From assembly GCA_002726495.1 (NCBI GenBank), contig PBTH01000047.1, forward strand, positions 1 through 60,972: a stretch of DNA of 60,972 nucleotides. Reading direction: 5' to 3'. The notes beneath the pieces were generated by a model. That model was not told the origin of the DNA, made no database searches, and saw only the letters and a list, made by a program, of their open reading frames with translations. The translations under genes were made by a program, and so were the position numbers. The stretch is from Methanobacteriota archaeon (GTDB taxonomy: Archaea; Thermoplasmatota; Poseidoniia; Poseidoniales; Poseidoniaceae). Positions 10,229 through 20,792 of the stretch are shown piece by piece; the first letter of the stretch is position 1, and each line of letters begins with the position of its first letter.

Positions 10229-10462
10229 TCAGAGTTCAGCCCCGATCAACGTCTTTGTGTCTGCAATGCCAGGGAGCGCACGGATGTCTTCAACAATACA
10301 CCGAGTGAGAGCAAATTCTTCGTCGGCCTGCACGCGTGCAATGATATCGTATTCTCCAAACAACATCCAACGATTGGTAACCATGTCAATGCTATCAAGT
10401 GCGTTTCTGACGCTCTCTTCTTTTCCCGGAAGCGTGGTAATGAGTACAAATCCAATGGCCAT
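10229..10462 (-). CDS. Stand-alone Lrp/AsnC ligand-binding (RAM) domain protein
   Basis: 77 aa; motifs LFGEYDIIARV and LPGIADTKTLI; no HTH. Confidence 0.9.
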   Translation of the reverse strand: MAIGFVLITTLPGKEESVRNALDSIDMVTNRWMLFGEYDIIARVQADEEFALTRCIVEDIRALPGIADTKTLIGAEL

Positions 10463-10470
10463 TCTATCAC

Positions 10471-10704
10471 CTATCCTTCAACAGCAATCAGCGTTTGTGT
10501 TTCCTTTACACCGGGTATTTTTCGGAATACGTTCATGACAAGGTCCGATAGGAGTTTGGAATTCCCTGCTGTTATCCGAACCAAAAGGTCAAACTCACCG
10601 TACAGCGCATGAACTTCTGCAACATCTTCATGGTTTGAGAGCGTCAAATATACTTCACGTTCATGCGTGGGCTCGGTTTTGAACAGAATAAAAGCCTCAG
10701 GCAT
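10471..10704 (-). CDS. Stand-alone Lrp/AsnC ligand-binding (RAM) domain protein (paralogue)
   Basis: 77 aa; motifs ALYGEFDLLVRI and IPGVKETQTLI; no HTH. Confidence 0.9.
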   Translation of the reverse strand: MPEAFILFKTEPTHEREVYLTLSNHEDVAEVHALYGEFDLLVRITAGNSKLLSDLVMNVFRKIPGVKETQTLIAVEG

Positions 10705-10806
10705 GATTCGTGGAACGAAAGTCGGGATTTATTGCTTCCTCTTGGAGTGTTTGGGCCGACACAAAGCAGCGAACTATTGAAAGGGTATCGCATTGGGTTG
10801 AATTGT

Positions 10807-13800
10807 ATGACAGCGTCACCTTCTTCCGCGCAACGGGTGATTTTTGTCACCTTTCTCTTTCTCTTTCCTCTACTATGCGCAACATACCCAATCAATCAGC
10901 AAGATTCGGAGGAATCTCAGTCGGTCGTACACAACACCCAAGCCCGCGCTCAGGTCACTTGGTCAGGAACCCAAGTTTTGTCAACAACCTATACGGTTTC
11001 AGTTTCTGATGAATTGGTGATTCAAGCCTGCACAGTGGTGCAAATGGGTGGGGGCGTTCGTATTGTCGTTGATGGGCGCTTGACAGTCTTAGGAACTCAG
11101 AGTTGTCCGGTTACTTTGGAAGCAAGTGGACTCTCAGACCATGAAGGAATTCAATTCAACTCTTCTTCTTCAGGGCGCGGTTCCATCATTCAAAATCTCA
11201 CCATTGAGGATTCAATTTACGGCATGACCATCTACGGTTCAAACCCAGTCATTGAGAATTTGACGGTAGTGAATCCCGACCGAGTCGGAGTTGATATGTT
11301 CAACAATGCGGGTCCAAGGATAACGGATTTGTTCATCGATCAGGCTGGTCGTAGTTTGCCCTTCCAAGGGGATTGGCGATATGGGATTGGCCTTTCCATC
11401 GGAGCGGGGTCAACGCCCATCATCAACAGGGCCGTATTTTCCGATATTCTGACCAGAGCAGTGAACATCTGGGGGGGTTCCGGTGGACTCATACAAGGGA
11501 TTACTGTTGACAATTGCTCAGGTTCAAGTTGGGCCATGGTCGCAGGAATTTGGGTTGAAGACAGTCAACCCCTTCTCACCGACATTTCCGTTGATAAGTC
11601 CGATTCAGGAATGGTCATTCGTCATATCGACGATGGAGGATATACACGTGCGGTAGTACGCGATGCAACGATTACGAATTCGATGTACCGCGGCGTTTAT
11701 GTGGACAAAAACAACCACACGAATTACACGAATTATGAGACTGCTGATTTCACCAATTTGACCGTTCGGGGAACCGGTACAAGCGGTGCCACAACTGCAA
11801 ACATTGGATATGCAGCTTTGGAGGTTAACGCAACGGGTGCATGGTTTGACAATACACTCATCGAGGATTCAACCACGGTTGGGGTTCGCTTGTATTTCGT
11901 TGATGATACCACGACCTTCCGTAATCTCACCATTAGAGATTCGGGGGATCCTGGCCAAGGACCCCATGAAGCGGGCCTTGCAGTTCGCTCGTCATTTTTC
12001 GCTCCCCACTTTGAGGGGATTGATATTTCAGGATCGGTTGGACCAGGAATTTCATCAACCTCTGGTGGGGCAATGCAAGGCTTTGATTGGACCCTTCACA
12101 ACAATACCAAACAAGGTTTACTGATCAATCGGGCAACCGTAGTGGTCAATGACCTCAACCTCTATGATAATCTTCAATCAGGTGCCCATGTTCTTGATTC
12201 TAGATATGTACACTTTGAGAATGTCACTGCAATCAATAACGGCGGAGATGCTTCAACCAATGCACTGGCAAAAAACCAAGCAGGCCTCTATTATGAGGAA
12301 TCAAATGATTTGGAATCAGAATCGGGGGATGTACGATGCAGAAATTGTGTGGTTTCAGGCTCAACAGGCTCCGGAATATTTGCAGAAAATTCTGTTGACC
12401 TATGGCTTGAGAACATTTCCTTGTCTAACAACAGTGTTACTGCTCCAGCATTGTTGATTGATAATCAAGATACAATGCCTTCTGGGGCCACCGGCCGAGT
12501 CAATATTCTCAATGCTGTTATCAACACAGAAAGCCCTTCACAACCTGCTGCCCAGTTTCTAAGAACTGCAGCACATATCGATGGTATGTCATTTTCTGGA
12601 AACCATACTGGTTTGGATTGGAACGGGGACAACAACGGAAACTTTGCTTCCTCCATTTCCAACAGTGCATTTTCGGGAACGGCATGCCTTAAGTTGATTG
12701 ACCACCCAAGCCTTGGCGGTCAAGGAAATACAATATCAGCCTCATGCACTGGATATGTGCAATTGACGAACAGTCAAGTGAATTGGTCAGGGCTTGGCGA
12801 TGTGTCAGGTGCTACCGTGATTCAACTGGATAGCGCCTCGGACCTTCATCTCCATCAACCCAGTAACATCGATCTTAATTCGGCTTCAATTCTTGGTTCC
12901 GCAACCGTTGATGTTGCTTGGGACCTCACTGTTTGGGTGGTCAATAATTTCACAAACGGAATTCCCAGCGCAAGCGTCGATACTACGTTTTCTAATTTTG
13001 AACCGACCGTCCAAGAATATACCAACGACCTAGGTTATGTCTTCCTTCCAGATTTTATTGGTCAACGCTGGACTTCAACGGGTCCTTCAAGTTCTAATTC
13101 AGTTACGATACAGTGTGCCTATGATAGCGTGACCAACTCATCAAGTACAGTTCTAGATCAGAATCGATTCGTCAACTGCCTCTTGCCCCTGGACAATCAA
13201 GCACCATTCCTCATTTGGGCCACTCCTGAAGACGCCTCTATTTATCCGTCAAATTCCGAAGTCGTTTTCGATGCCAATGAGTCATGGGACCTTGATGATG
13301 ATGAACTCACGTTCTCATGGACGAGCAGTATTGATGGCAATATTTTGTCATCATGCACCGGGTCCGGAAATCCACTTTGGGACCTGAGTGATGGAGTTGC
13401 ATTCACCGTCAATTCAAACGATGTCTGGGGTTGTACGCTCTCGGATGGGATTCACCTCATTACTTTGGAACTATGCGATGAAACAGGGCAATGCGTTTCT
13501 CAAAGTCGCACGATTGAGTTGGTCAACCTCCCGCCGGTTTTGGTGGTTGATTTTGAACCTTCATTGAATCCGTGGAGTGAATTGATTATGCCACAAACGG
13601 GAACGGTCAACATTTCAACAAACGGAACATATGACCCTGAAGGTGAACCGGTTGCATGCACGATTGAATTCGTTGGTTACATCATCAGTGATATTGGTTG
13701 GGACGGAACCTACAATTGCCCCAATACACTAACTTACACATTTGATCACACAACAGAATCCCCACCTGCTTTGTTTGAATTAAGGGTGAAAGTCTGGGAT

Positions 13801-15588
13801 GAAATTGGAAACAATGCAACCCGTTCAGTTGATGTGATACTCTACAATGAATTACCAGAGCCGGTTTTTGAAATTCAGCGACAAGGAAACGAGAGCCAAG
13901 AACTTGTCACTCTCGACGGGACTTCAACGACTGACCCCGAAGGAGATGAGATGACGGTGACCTTTTCCTCCAGTCTTGATGGGACTTTAGCCGAATTGAC
14001 CAATGGCTCAACATCGTGGAGCGGTTATCTTTCAAGAGGCGTTCACACCATCACGATGCAGGTTACGGATGATCGGGCTGAACATGTCAACCAAAGCAGG
14101 ACTTCTTCCGCATTGGTCACCGTTGACAATTCCTTGCCCCTTGCTGTAATTGAATCGCCTTCATTGACAACCTTCGATTCATCCGAATTGATTGAATTCT
14201 CTGCAAACGGTTCGGGAGATTTTGATGCAGCATGCGACACATTCCCTATGGATGGAACATGGCATTGTGCGCCCTTCTCGCCGCATGGTGGTTCTGAATT
14301 TTTGGTTGTAACTTGGACGAGTGATCTTGACGGTCGCTTGACTCCTGAAGGTGAAGACTGGCTGATTTTTGAATCCAGGCTAAGTCCTGGAACGCATCTT
14401 GTGACGCTCTACTTGGACGATGGCATTCACGAACCAGTAACGGCAACTGTAGGACTAGAGGTCGTGGCTTCAGCACCCGTTCTTGGCTTGGTGAGCCCAG
14501 TTGATGGTTCCAGTCACCCGTCCTCTGCGGTCTTGATGCTTGATGCCTCTGAAAGTACAGATTATGACAATGACAGTTTTGTTATGACCTTACGAACTTC
14601 TCTTGAAGACGATCCCCTTTTGGTAGATGTTTCTCCACTTGTATCCCATCAACTCAATCTACGTGCAGGATACCATGTTCTCACGGTTACACTCAAAGAT
14701 GAGACCGGAATGTCTCGTGATGAGACATTTACACTCACGATCAATGAATCTGGGCCGACACTTCGTCTTATCTCTCCAGAAAACCGTCAATCAATCCTAC
14801 CCGGAGGCTCTGTGTTGTTGGAAGAGGCATCCTTTGATGCGGATAACGACTTGGTCACGCGTGAGTGGCGCCTTTGGTCCGCCGACAAGAGTTTCCCAGA
14901 GATTGTCTCTACAAGCTCCATTGAAGAACTCACAGGGCTTTCTCCCGGAGAATACCATCTCTCACTTTACATCGAAGACTCCCAAGGGAATTGGGAAGAA
15001 GAGCATGTCAACATCACCATTCAATCAAGCCTGCCCTCCTTCGTTCGCGAGTCGTTGTTTTTGAGTGACACCACGTTCCCAGCAGGGGAACTCTCTGAAC
15101 TCAACATTTCAATTCAACTTGAGGATGCAGACGGTACTACCAAGGATGTTCGAGCCAATTTGACCCACAATATTCAGCAGTGGGAAATCAATCTTACCGA
15201 TACGGATGGAGACGGTGTTTGGGAAGGCGTTCTAAAGTGGCGTCCAGAAGAAACAGGCCGTCCAAGTTTGAAGATTATCGCAAGAGACGGCGAAGGTCAA
15301 AGCGCAAATGTTGACATTGTTACTCGAACGTTAACCGTCGAGGAGATTGAACAAGATCAACGAGTTTTCTTCATGGTCGTGGGAACTACAGCTTCCTTTG
15401 GAATCATTGGACTTCTTGCGTTCATGATTTCTCGGCGACGTCGTGCCATCGCCGAAATTGATCTCATCGCTTCGTGGGATGCGTTTAGGGCTCCAGAGCA
15501 ACGACCAACAGAGGATAAGACTCCACTTGAGGGCAACATCATGGACGGAACGGAAGAAGTTCAATCGGAATTGGATGAATCAATGTGA
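10807..15588 (+). CDS. Large surface protein: right-handed beta-helix repeats + PKD/Ig-like domains + C-terminal TM
   Basis: Likely start MTASP at 10807. N-half has parallel beta-helix-like repeats (I.NL.I.ds..GI, alternating N/S/G-rich strands). C-half has PKD-like repeats (FDANESWDLDDDELTFSWTSSIDG, LDGTSTTDPEGD, G.H.ITL.V.D). TM helix plus RRRR. Confidence 0.8.
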   Translation: MTASPSSAQRVIFVTFLFLFPLLCATYPINQQDSEESQSVVHNTQARAQVTWSGTQVLSTTYTVSVSDELVIQACTVVQMGGGVRIVVDGRLTVLGTQSCPVTLEASGLSDHEGIQFNSSSSGRGSIIQNLTIEDSIYGMTIYGSNPVIENLTVVNPDRVGVDMFNNAGPRITDLFIDQAGRSLPFQGDWRYGIGLSIGAGSTPIINRAVFSDILTRAVNIWGGSGGLIQGITVDNCSGSSWAMVAGIWVEDSQPLLTDISVDKSDSGMVIRHIDDGGYTRAVVRDATITNSMYRGVYVDKNNHTNYTNYETADFTNLTVRGTGTSGATTANIGYAALEVNATGAWFDNTLIEDSTTVGVRLYFVDDTTTFRNLTIRDSGDPGQGPHEAGLAVRSSFFAPHFEGIDISGSVGPGISSTSGGAMQGFDWTLHNNTKQGLLINRATVVVNDLNLYDNLQSGAHVLDSRYVHFENVTAINNGGDASTNALAKNQAGLYYEESNDLESESGDVRCRNCVVSGSTGSGIFAENSVDLWLENISLSNNSVTAPALLIDNQDTMPSGATGRVNILNAVINTESPSQPAAQFLRTAAHIDGMSFSGNHTGLDWNGDNNGNFASSISNSAFSGTACLKLIDHPSLGGQGNTISASCTGYVQLTNSQVNWSGLGDVSGATVIQLDSASDLHLHQPSNIDLNSASILGSATVDVAWDLTVWVVNNFTNGIPSASVDTTFSNFEPTVQEYTNDLGYVFLPDFIGQRWTSTGPSSSNSVTIQCAYDSVTNSSSTVLDQNRFVNCLLPLDNQAPFLIWATPEDASIYPSNSEVVFDANESWDLDDDELTFSWTSSIDGNILSSCTGSGNPLWDLSDGVAFTVNSNDVWGCTLSDGIHLITLELCDETGQCVSQSRTIELVNLPPVLVVDFEPSLNPWSELIMPQTGTVNISTNGTYDPEGEPVACTIEFVGYIISDIGWDGTYNCPNTLTYTFDHTTESPPALFELRVKVWDEIGNNATRSVDVILYNELPEPVFEIQRQGNESQELVTLDGTSTTDPEGDEMTVTFSSSLDGTLAELTNGSTSWSGYLSRGVHTITMQVTDDRAEHVNQSRTSSALVTVDNSLPLAVIESPSLTTFDSSELIEFSANGSGDFDAACDTFPMDGTWHCAPFSPHGGSEFLVVTWTSDLDGRLTPEGEDWLIFESRLSPGTHLVTLYLDDGIHEPVTATVGLEVVASAPVLGLVSPVDGSSHPSSAVLMLDASESTDYDNDSFVMTLRTSLEDDPLLVDVSPLVSHQLNLRAGYHVLTVTLKDETGMSRDETFTLTINESGPTLRLISPENRQSILPGGSVLLEEASFDADNDLVTREWRLWSADKSFPEIVSTSSIEELTGLSPGEYHLSLYIEDSQGNWEEEHVNITIQSSLPSFVRESLFLSDTTFPAGELSELNISIQLEDADGTTKDVRANLTHNIQQWEINLTDTDGDGVWEGVLKWRPEETGRPSLKIIARDGEGQSANVDIVTRTLTVEEIEQDQRVFFMVVGTTASFGIIGLLAFMISRRRRAIAEIDLIASWDAFRAPEQRPTEDKTPLEGNIMDGTEEVQSELDESM

Positions 15589-15593
15589 TTGAT

Positions 15594-16370
15594 TCACTTC
15601 TTTTGTTCAGGTAGGTCGCCTTTTGTCGAGTCCGGGTTTTCTTCCCTTCCACCCCATGGGGTTCGAGTTTTGTTAAGGCCGACTCGGCGAGCAAAAAGGA
15701 ACTTCAGATTCTTCCACCCGTCACCCCATGTGTGGATTTCTGCTTCTCCGACACGAGGACGGTAAGGCACAGAAATCTCAACTGCTTTTTTCTTTCCAAG
15801 GTGACGCCTTGTAATTATTTTCATTTCTTCACTCAATGGCATGCCATCGTTGGTCGGACGTAGGCGCTCATCATCAAAGATAGATTTCTTGAACACCCAC
15901 ATTCCCGATTGTGAATCTTTGACGCCGTATCCAAACAAGAGACGTGCGGTAAACGATAGAACCCAGTTTCCAAAATTATGCAGCCCGGACATTGAACCGT
16001 CTTCTGCTAGAGATAATCGGTCGCAGGTGATGAAATCCAAGTCGTCATCAATGAGTCGCTTGACGAGTTCTGGAACGAGTTCTGCAGGATAAGTACAATC
16101 TGCATCCATGGTTACGATGATGTCATTCGTTGCAACATCAAAACCTGTCCGGTAGGCTCGTCCGTAGCCTTTTCTATCTTCAAGGTGGACACGTATCCCC
16201 TTCTCAAGGGCGATTTCTCGTGTCTTGTCGGAAGAGTTTCCATCAACGATCATGATTTCCAAATCTTTGCACCATCCACGCGGGATTGCATCAATGGTTG
16301 GGCCCAAGGCTTCTTCTTCATTGCGTGTAGGTAGAATGACCGTAACGGTCACGGGCAACACATCGGCCAT
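15594..16370 (-). CDS. Glycosyltransferase family 2 (polyprenol-phosphate glycosyltransferase-like)
   Basis: VILPTRNEE, IVDGNSSDKT, KGYGRAYRTG, DxD motif TMDADCTYP, DSQSGM. Confidence 0.9.
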   Translation of the reverse strand: MADVLPVTVTVILPTRNEEEALGPTIDAIPRGWCKDLEIMIVDGNSSDKTREIALEKGIRVHLEDRKGYGRAYRTGFDVATNDIIVTMDADCTYPAELVPELVKRLIDDDLDFITCDRLSLAEDGSMSGLHNFGNWVLSFTARLLFGYGVKDSQSGMWVFKKSIFDDERLRPTNDGMPLSEEMKIITRRHLGKKKAVEISVPYRPRVGEAEIHTWGDGWKNLKFLFARRVGLNKTRTPWGGREENPDSTKGDLPEQKK

Positions 16371-16475
16371 GTTTCTCCGACCGTTGGGGTGGACTTGAAA
16401 GGTTTGCCCATATTTTCAGCAGAACTCAGTTCATCATCAATGACATTCAAATGTCCGATTGTTTTGGTCGCATTA

Positions 16476-17741
16476 ATGCACATCGCCATGGTCTCAGGCG
16501 AATATCCACCTCGTTGGGGTGGAATTGGCTCGGTTGTGTTCCATCTCGCAGGGTATCTTGCCCAACGGGGCCATGATGTAACGGTCATCACACGGACTCA
16601 CAAAAGGCGCACTCCAAGACAACCTGGGGTGAGTGTACTCCATGTGCCATGGCTCAAAGCACCGATGGCATTTACTCGGTCTTACGGCAAGCATGCTCTT
16701 TCGACATTGCGTCTTCTTCATTTGGAAAAGCCAGTTGATGTCGTCCATACACTTCTTCCCCTCGTCAGTTGGAAACGGAGTGAATATGAGTGGGTGGAGG
16801 AGAACATCGCTCCAGTTGTTTCCGCATTAAATGGCAGTTGGATTGGTGAGCGAGAAGGCATGAAACTTGCTGCTCGGCACAAAGAGGCTGCAACTTGGAA
16901 GAACCCGAATGACCTTGCAATCCTACTCACGGCCAAGCATTATGCGAAATATGAGCAAGCGGGAATTGAGGGCTCGACCCTAAGCGTGGCCATTTCCGAA
17001 TCAACACGCCGCGAATTTGAGCAATGGTACCAACCTCCAGAGGATTGGGATTGTGAAACGGTCCTCTATGGGGTTGACCATCATGTGTTCCGCCCGGTTA
17101 ATCATGACAACGAAGAAGACCATTTAGCGTATGAATCGATTCGCACGGAGTATGATGTTGCTGATGAAGCAGCCCTCATCGGTAGAGCGGACACAACAAC
17201 ACCTCTTCTCCTTGCAGTTGGTCGTCTCGTCGCTCGGAAAGGACACCTTACATTGCTGCGTGCCATGCCTGCAATTGTCAAAGCACATCCTGGGGCCAAA
17301 CTGGTTATTATCGGCCGAGGACACATGAGGAAAACCTTGTTGCGTCAAGCAAAACGCTTGGGAGTAGGAGATGCAGTGACCATTCAGCCGGGAATGGACT
17401 TTGAACGCTTAGCCCTCCATTTCCGTTCAGCTGATTTGGTAATTTATCCGTCTTACTACGAGGGCCAAGGCCTTATTCCATTGGAATCATTGGCCAGTGG
17501 AACTCCAGTTGTGACGGTAAATCAAGCACCTTTGACGGAGATGATTGACGAAACAGTCGGTGGTTTATTCACTTGTGGAGACCCTCAGGATCTTGCTCGT
17601 AGTGTGATTGAATCGTTGAATGAACCTGAACTTCGCCAACAACAGGCTGAACTCGGCCGTGAGCGAGTTCTCAACATGTACACCTATGAGCACAATGCAG
17701 AGGCATATGAAGCGATTTACCAGCGAATGCTCCAAGATTAA
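16476..17741 (+). CDS. Glycosyltransferase family 4 (GT-B fold)
   Basis: MHIAMVSGEYPPRWGGIG, LAVGRLVARKG, SADLVIYPSYYEGQGLIPLESLASGTPVV. Start at ATG 16476. Confidence 0.9.
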   Translation: MHIAMVSGEYPPRWGGIGSVVFHLAGYLAQRGHDVTVITRTHKRRTPRQPGVSVLHVPWLKAPMAFTRSYGKHALSTLRLLHLEKPVDVVHTLLPLVSWKRSEYEWVEENIAPVVSALNGSWIGEREGMKLAARHKEAATWKNPNDLAILLTAKHYAKYEQAGIEGSTLSVAISESTRREFEQWYQPPEDWDCETVLYGVDHHVFRPVNHDNEEDHLAYESIRTEYDVADEAALIGRADTTTPLLLAVGRLVARKGHLTLLRAMPAIVKAHPGAKLVIIGRGHMRKTLLRQAKRLGVGDAVTIQPGMDFERLALHFRSADLVIYPSYYEGQGLIPLESLASGTPVVTVNQAPLTEMIDETVGGLFTCGDPQDLARSVIESLNEPELRQQQAELGRERVLNMYTYEHNAEAYEAIYQRMLQD

Positions 17742-17814
17742 GCGCACAGAACGCAAAAAACCTCGTGGTGGTTGAAGCGGAAGGTCATTATTGGACGAGA
17801 GGTTGGGAAGGTAC

Positions 17815-19290
17815 ATGCAGGCTAAGGCGCTCCTTCTGGCTCTCCTCGTAGCAACGGTTTCGTTGTCGGGTTGTTTCGGAGAAGAAATGGAAAAAGCGAC
17901 CGTCTTGGAAATTGAGGAGGAGGACACAAGAACCTTTGTCACTGACAAGTATGGGATGCCTGTTCAAGAGACACTTCTAGAAATGGAGTTCATGTTTAGC
18001 GATGTTGGAGAAACTGGAAAGGAGCCCAGTATTGGAATTACCTCAAGCGGTTGTATCTTTTTCATCGCAATGGAGAAAGTCATGAGGTCATGTGATGGTG
18101 GTGTTACATGGGAAGAAACCCAAGACCCGATACAATGCTCTCCAACGACCAGTGACCCGTACGGTTGGGTTGACCCAATTACAGACCGAATTTTCGGTGT
18201 CCAAATGATCGGGTTGGAAACCTCTTGGATCTGTTGGAGTGATGACGACGGCGAATCCTGGCTAGGAAACCCGCACGATTCAGGAACCACTCCGATTAAC
18301 GACCACATCAAATTAGCAACTGGGCCTTGGACAAGTTCGGGCTACGGAGCATTAGGACAAATCACCGGCAGTTTTTATGAAACTGCCGTGTATTATTGCT
18401 ACAATAAACTCGCAGGAATCTTCTGCTTCACAAGTTTTGACGGAGGCGCAACCTTCGAGGCTGGTGGCCAAATTATTGGACTTGCCACAACCAATGGAGG
18501 CTTACACGGAGCGATTTCAACTGCTGCAGATGGAACGGTATACGTTACTCCCAGAGTAGCGACTCCAACAGTGATCGTCTCGAAGGACAATGGCTTTTCT
18601 TGGTTTGAGCGATACATGGGAGAAGATGTTGGAACGCCGAATCCTCGCAAAAACTCAGAAGTATCAACCGATACCGACTCAAATGCTTACCATATCTGGA
18701 CGGGAGGAGATGAAGGAATTTACATGTCAAGGTCCACGGATTCCGGAGAAAGTTGGGAGCAAGAGAGTATTCGTATCTCACCAAATCAAGTGATTTCAAC
18801 GGTCTTCCCCCAAACCGATGCAGGCGACCCGGGAAGAATCGCCATAACTTACCTCGGTAGTGAGAATTCAGAGATGCTCAATGAATCAAACATTGATGGA
18901 AGTCCATGGGACGGAAATGCCCACTTTGCTCCAAACAACGCCACTTACCACCTTTACATCACCTACAGTTTGAATGCATTGGATGATGAACCAACCTTCC
19001 ATACTTACCGGGTAACCGATGACCCTGTTCAAATCGGCTCAATCTGCTTGAACTCCGGCGATTGTAGGGACATTGGTGGTTCAAATCGTAATTTACTCGA
19101 TTTCAATGACTTGCATATCGACCGTGAAGGAAGAGTGTACGTCGCTTTTGCTGATGGATGTACGGGTGATTGCGCCTCGAACGGCAATTCCACCGCCGAG
19201 GATTCACGAGACGGGCGCGGCTCGGTTTACTATCTCGCACAGGGCCCGAGTCTCTACGTCGATAAAGGTGAACTTTCACCTCTGGTTTGA
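17815..19290 (+). CDS. Asp-box (BNR) repeat beta-propeller lipoprotein, sialidase-like fold (paralogue 1)
   Basis: Lipobox-like SLSGC; Asp-boxes SCDGGVTW, SDDDGESW, SFDGGATF, SKDNGFSW and STDSGESW. Confidence 0.8.
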   Translation: MQAKALLLALLVATVSLSGCFGEEMEKATVLEIEEEDTRTFVTDKYGMPVQETLLEMEFMFSDVGETGKEPSIGITSSGCIFFIAMEKVMRSCDGGVTWEETQDPIQCSPTTSDPYGWVDPITDRIFGVQMIGLETSWICWSDDDGESWLGNPHDSGTTPINDHIKLATGPWTSSGYGALGQITGSFYETAVYYCYNKLAGIFCFTSFDGGATFEAGGQIIGLATTNGGLHGAISTAADGTVYVTPRVATPTVIVSKDNGFSWFERYMGEDVGTPNPRKNSEVSTDTDSNAYHIWTGGDEGIYMSRSTDSGESWEQESIRISPNQVISTVFPQTDAGDPGRIAITYLGSENSEMLNESNIDGSPWDGNAHFAPNNATYHLYITYSLNALDDEPTFHTYRVTDDPVQIGSICLNSGDCRDIGGSNRNLLDFNDLHIDREGRVYVAFADGCTGDCASNGNSTAEDSRDGRGSVYYLAQGPSLYVDKGELSPLV

Positions 19291-19339
19291 TATCTGTTCA
19301 AGCGGAAGTTCATTATCCCAACAACGGTTCGCCTGCTCC

Positions 19340-20788
19340 ATGCAGCTAAGGGCATTGTTTCTCTCTTTGATGGTCATGACGCTCTCCCTATCGGGATGCT
19401 TTGGAGAGGAAGACATCACCGAGGTTGTGCAGGAGCCAACTCCGTTTGATTCACTTCCAAGCACAACAACATGGTACCATTATCCCGGTGGAGTCAATGC
19501 AACCAATGCCTCGATTGGATTTGATAATCTAACAGGCAATTCAACTCCTTACCCGGCTTTGGGGACCTATTATGGAATCGGAGATACAACATTTGAGCCA
19601 ACGATAGGCGTCACTTCAACTGGAGGCATTCATTTCTCTTCATTTGGAGGCGCCGGCTCAGGTACCATGGTCTACACTTCCATGGACCAAGGTCAGACAT
19701 GGAATAACATGGGTCCCTTTAACCCGGTTTTCCCGATAACAGATGTTGGCCAAGTCCCGTCTTCAAATGACCCTTACATCTACGTTGACAAATGGACGGA
19801 TCGGATTGTTAAATTCGATATGCACGCTTTGACGGCTATGTTCGTTGAGTATTCCGATGATGACGGCCAAACATGGTCGATACCGTTCTCCGCAGAGGGG
19901 TATTACAGTCCTCAAGACCACCAATCAATTGCTTCAATGCCAGATGTTGACGGAATCGGTTTCTACGATACAATCTATGTGTTTTGCATCAACACAGGAA
20001 GTTCAGCCGCTGGGCCACAATGTTCACGCTCTCTGGATGGAGCACATACTTGGGATCTTCAGCGCCCTGGGTACCCAACAGGAACCGCTCAATGTTCAGG
20101 ATTGCACGGGCATCTTGCTGGTTCTAACGACGGAGCCATTTACCGAGGCAACCCCTCCTGTGACGGCCCTGCTGTATATCGCAGCGTTGACGGCGGTTAT
20201 TCATGGACTGAGCACACCATTACAACCGAAGTCCCCATGCAAGATGGATGGCACAGTCATGAAGTCGCAGTTGGTGCTGATGAAGCAGGAAATCTCTTCG
20301 CATCTTGGATCAGCATTGACCATATGCCCTGGATGGCTTATTCAAGGGACCAAGGAGATACGTGGTCTGAACCGATGATGGTCGCACCCCCCGAAGTCAC
20401 AGAAACTGGCTTCCCAACAATATTTGCAGGCGATGAAGGGCGCGTTGTCGTTGGCTACATTGGTGAAAACGTAGACAATGGCGGTTGGTCCGGATACATG
20501 TCGGTCATGACAGATGCCTTCGCAGACAACCCCCTCATAACGACTGTAGCTGTAAATTCAGCAGATGACCCTCTTGACGCTACTGATGACTGTGGAAATG
20601 TTCGTTGCGGTGGATTTGGTGACTTTATCGATGTTGAAATTGATGACGAAGGCCGTCCATGGATTGCACTGGCCCACAACGTCAATGGGGAACTCGGAAT
20701 TGTTGGAACCTATGTCTATGGTCCTTCTTTGTACGGTGACCTGCGTCTGCTTCCAGCGATAACAGCCGGTGGACCTGAAACGTTGTGA
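19340..20788 (+). CDS. Asp-box (BNR) repeat beta-propeller lipoprotein (paralogue 2)
   Basis: Start MQLRALF at 19340; SLSGCFGEE; Asp-boxes SMDQGQTW, SDDDGQTW, SLDGAHTW, SVDGGYSW and SRDQGDTW. Confidence 0.8.
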   Translation: MQLRALFLSLMVMTLSLSGCFGEEDITEVVQEPTPFDSLPSTTTWYHYPGGVNATNASIGFDNLTGNSTPYPALGTYYGIGDTTFEPTIGVTSTGGIHFSSFGGAGSGTMVYTSMDQGQTWNNMGPFNPVFPITDVGQVPSSNDPYIYVDKWTDRIVKFDMHALTAMFVEYSDDDGQTWSIPFSAEGYYSPQDHQSIASMPDVDGIGFYDTIYVFCINTGSSAAGPQCSRSLDGAHTWDLQRPGYPTGTAQCSGLHGHLAGSNDGAIYRGNPSCDGPAVYRSVDGGYSWTEHTITTEVPMQDGWHSHEVAVGADEAGNLFASWISIDHMPWMAYSRDQGDTWSEPMMVAPPEVTETGFPTIFAGDEGRVVVGYIGENVDNGGWSGYMSVMTDAFADNPLITTVAVNSADDPLDATDDCGNVRCGGFGDFIDVEIDDEGRPWIALAHNVNGELGIVGTYVYGPSLYGDLRLLPAITAGGPETL

Positions 20789-20792
20789 TGGC

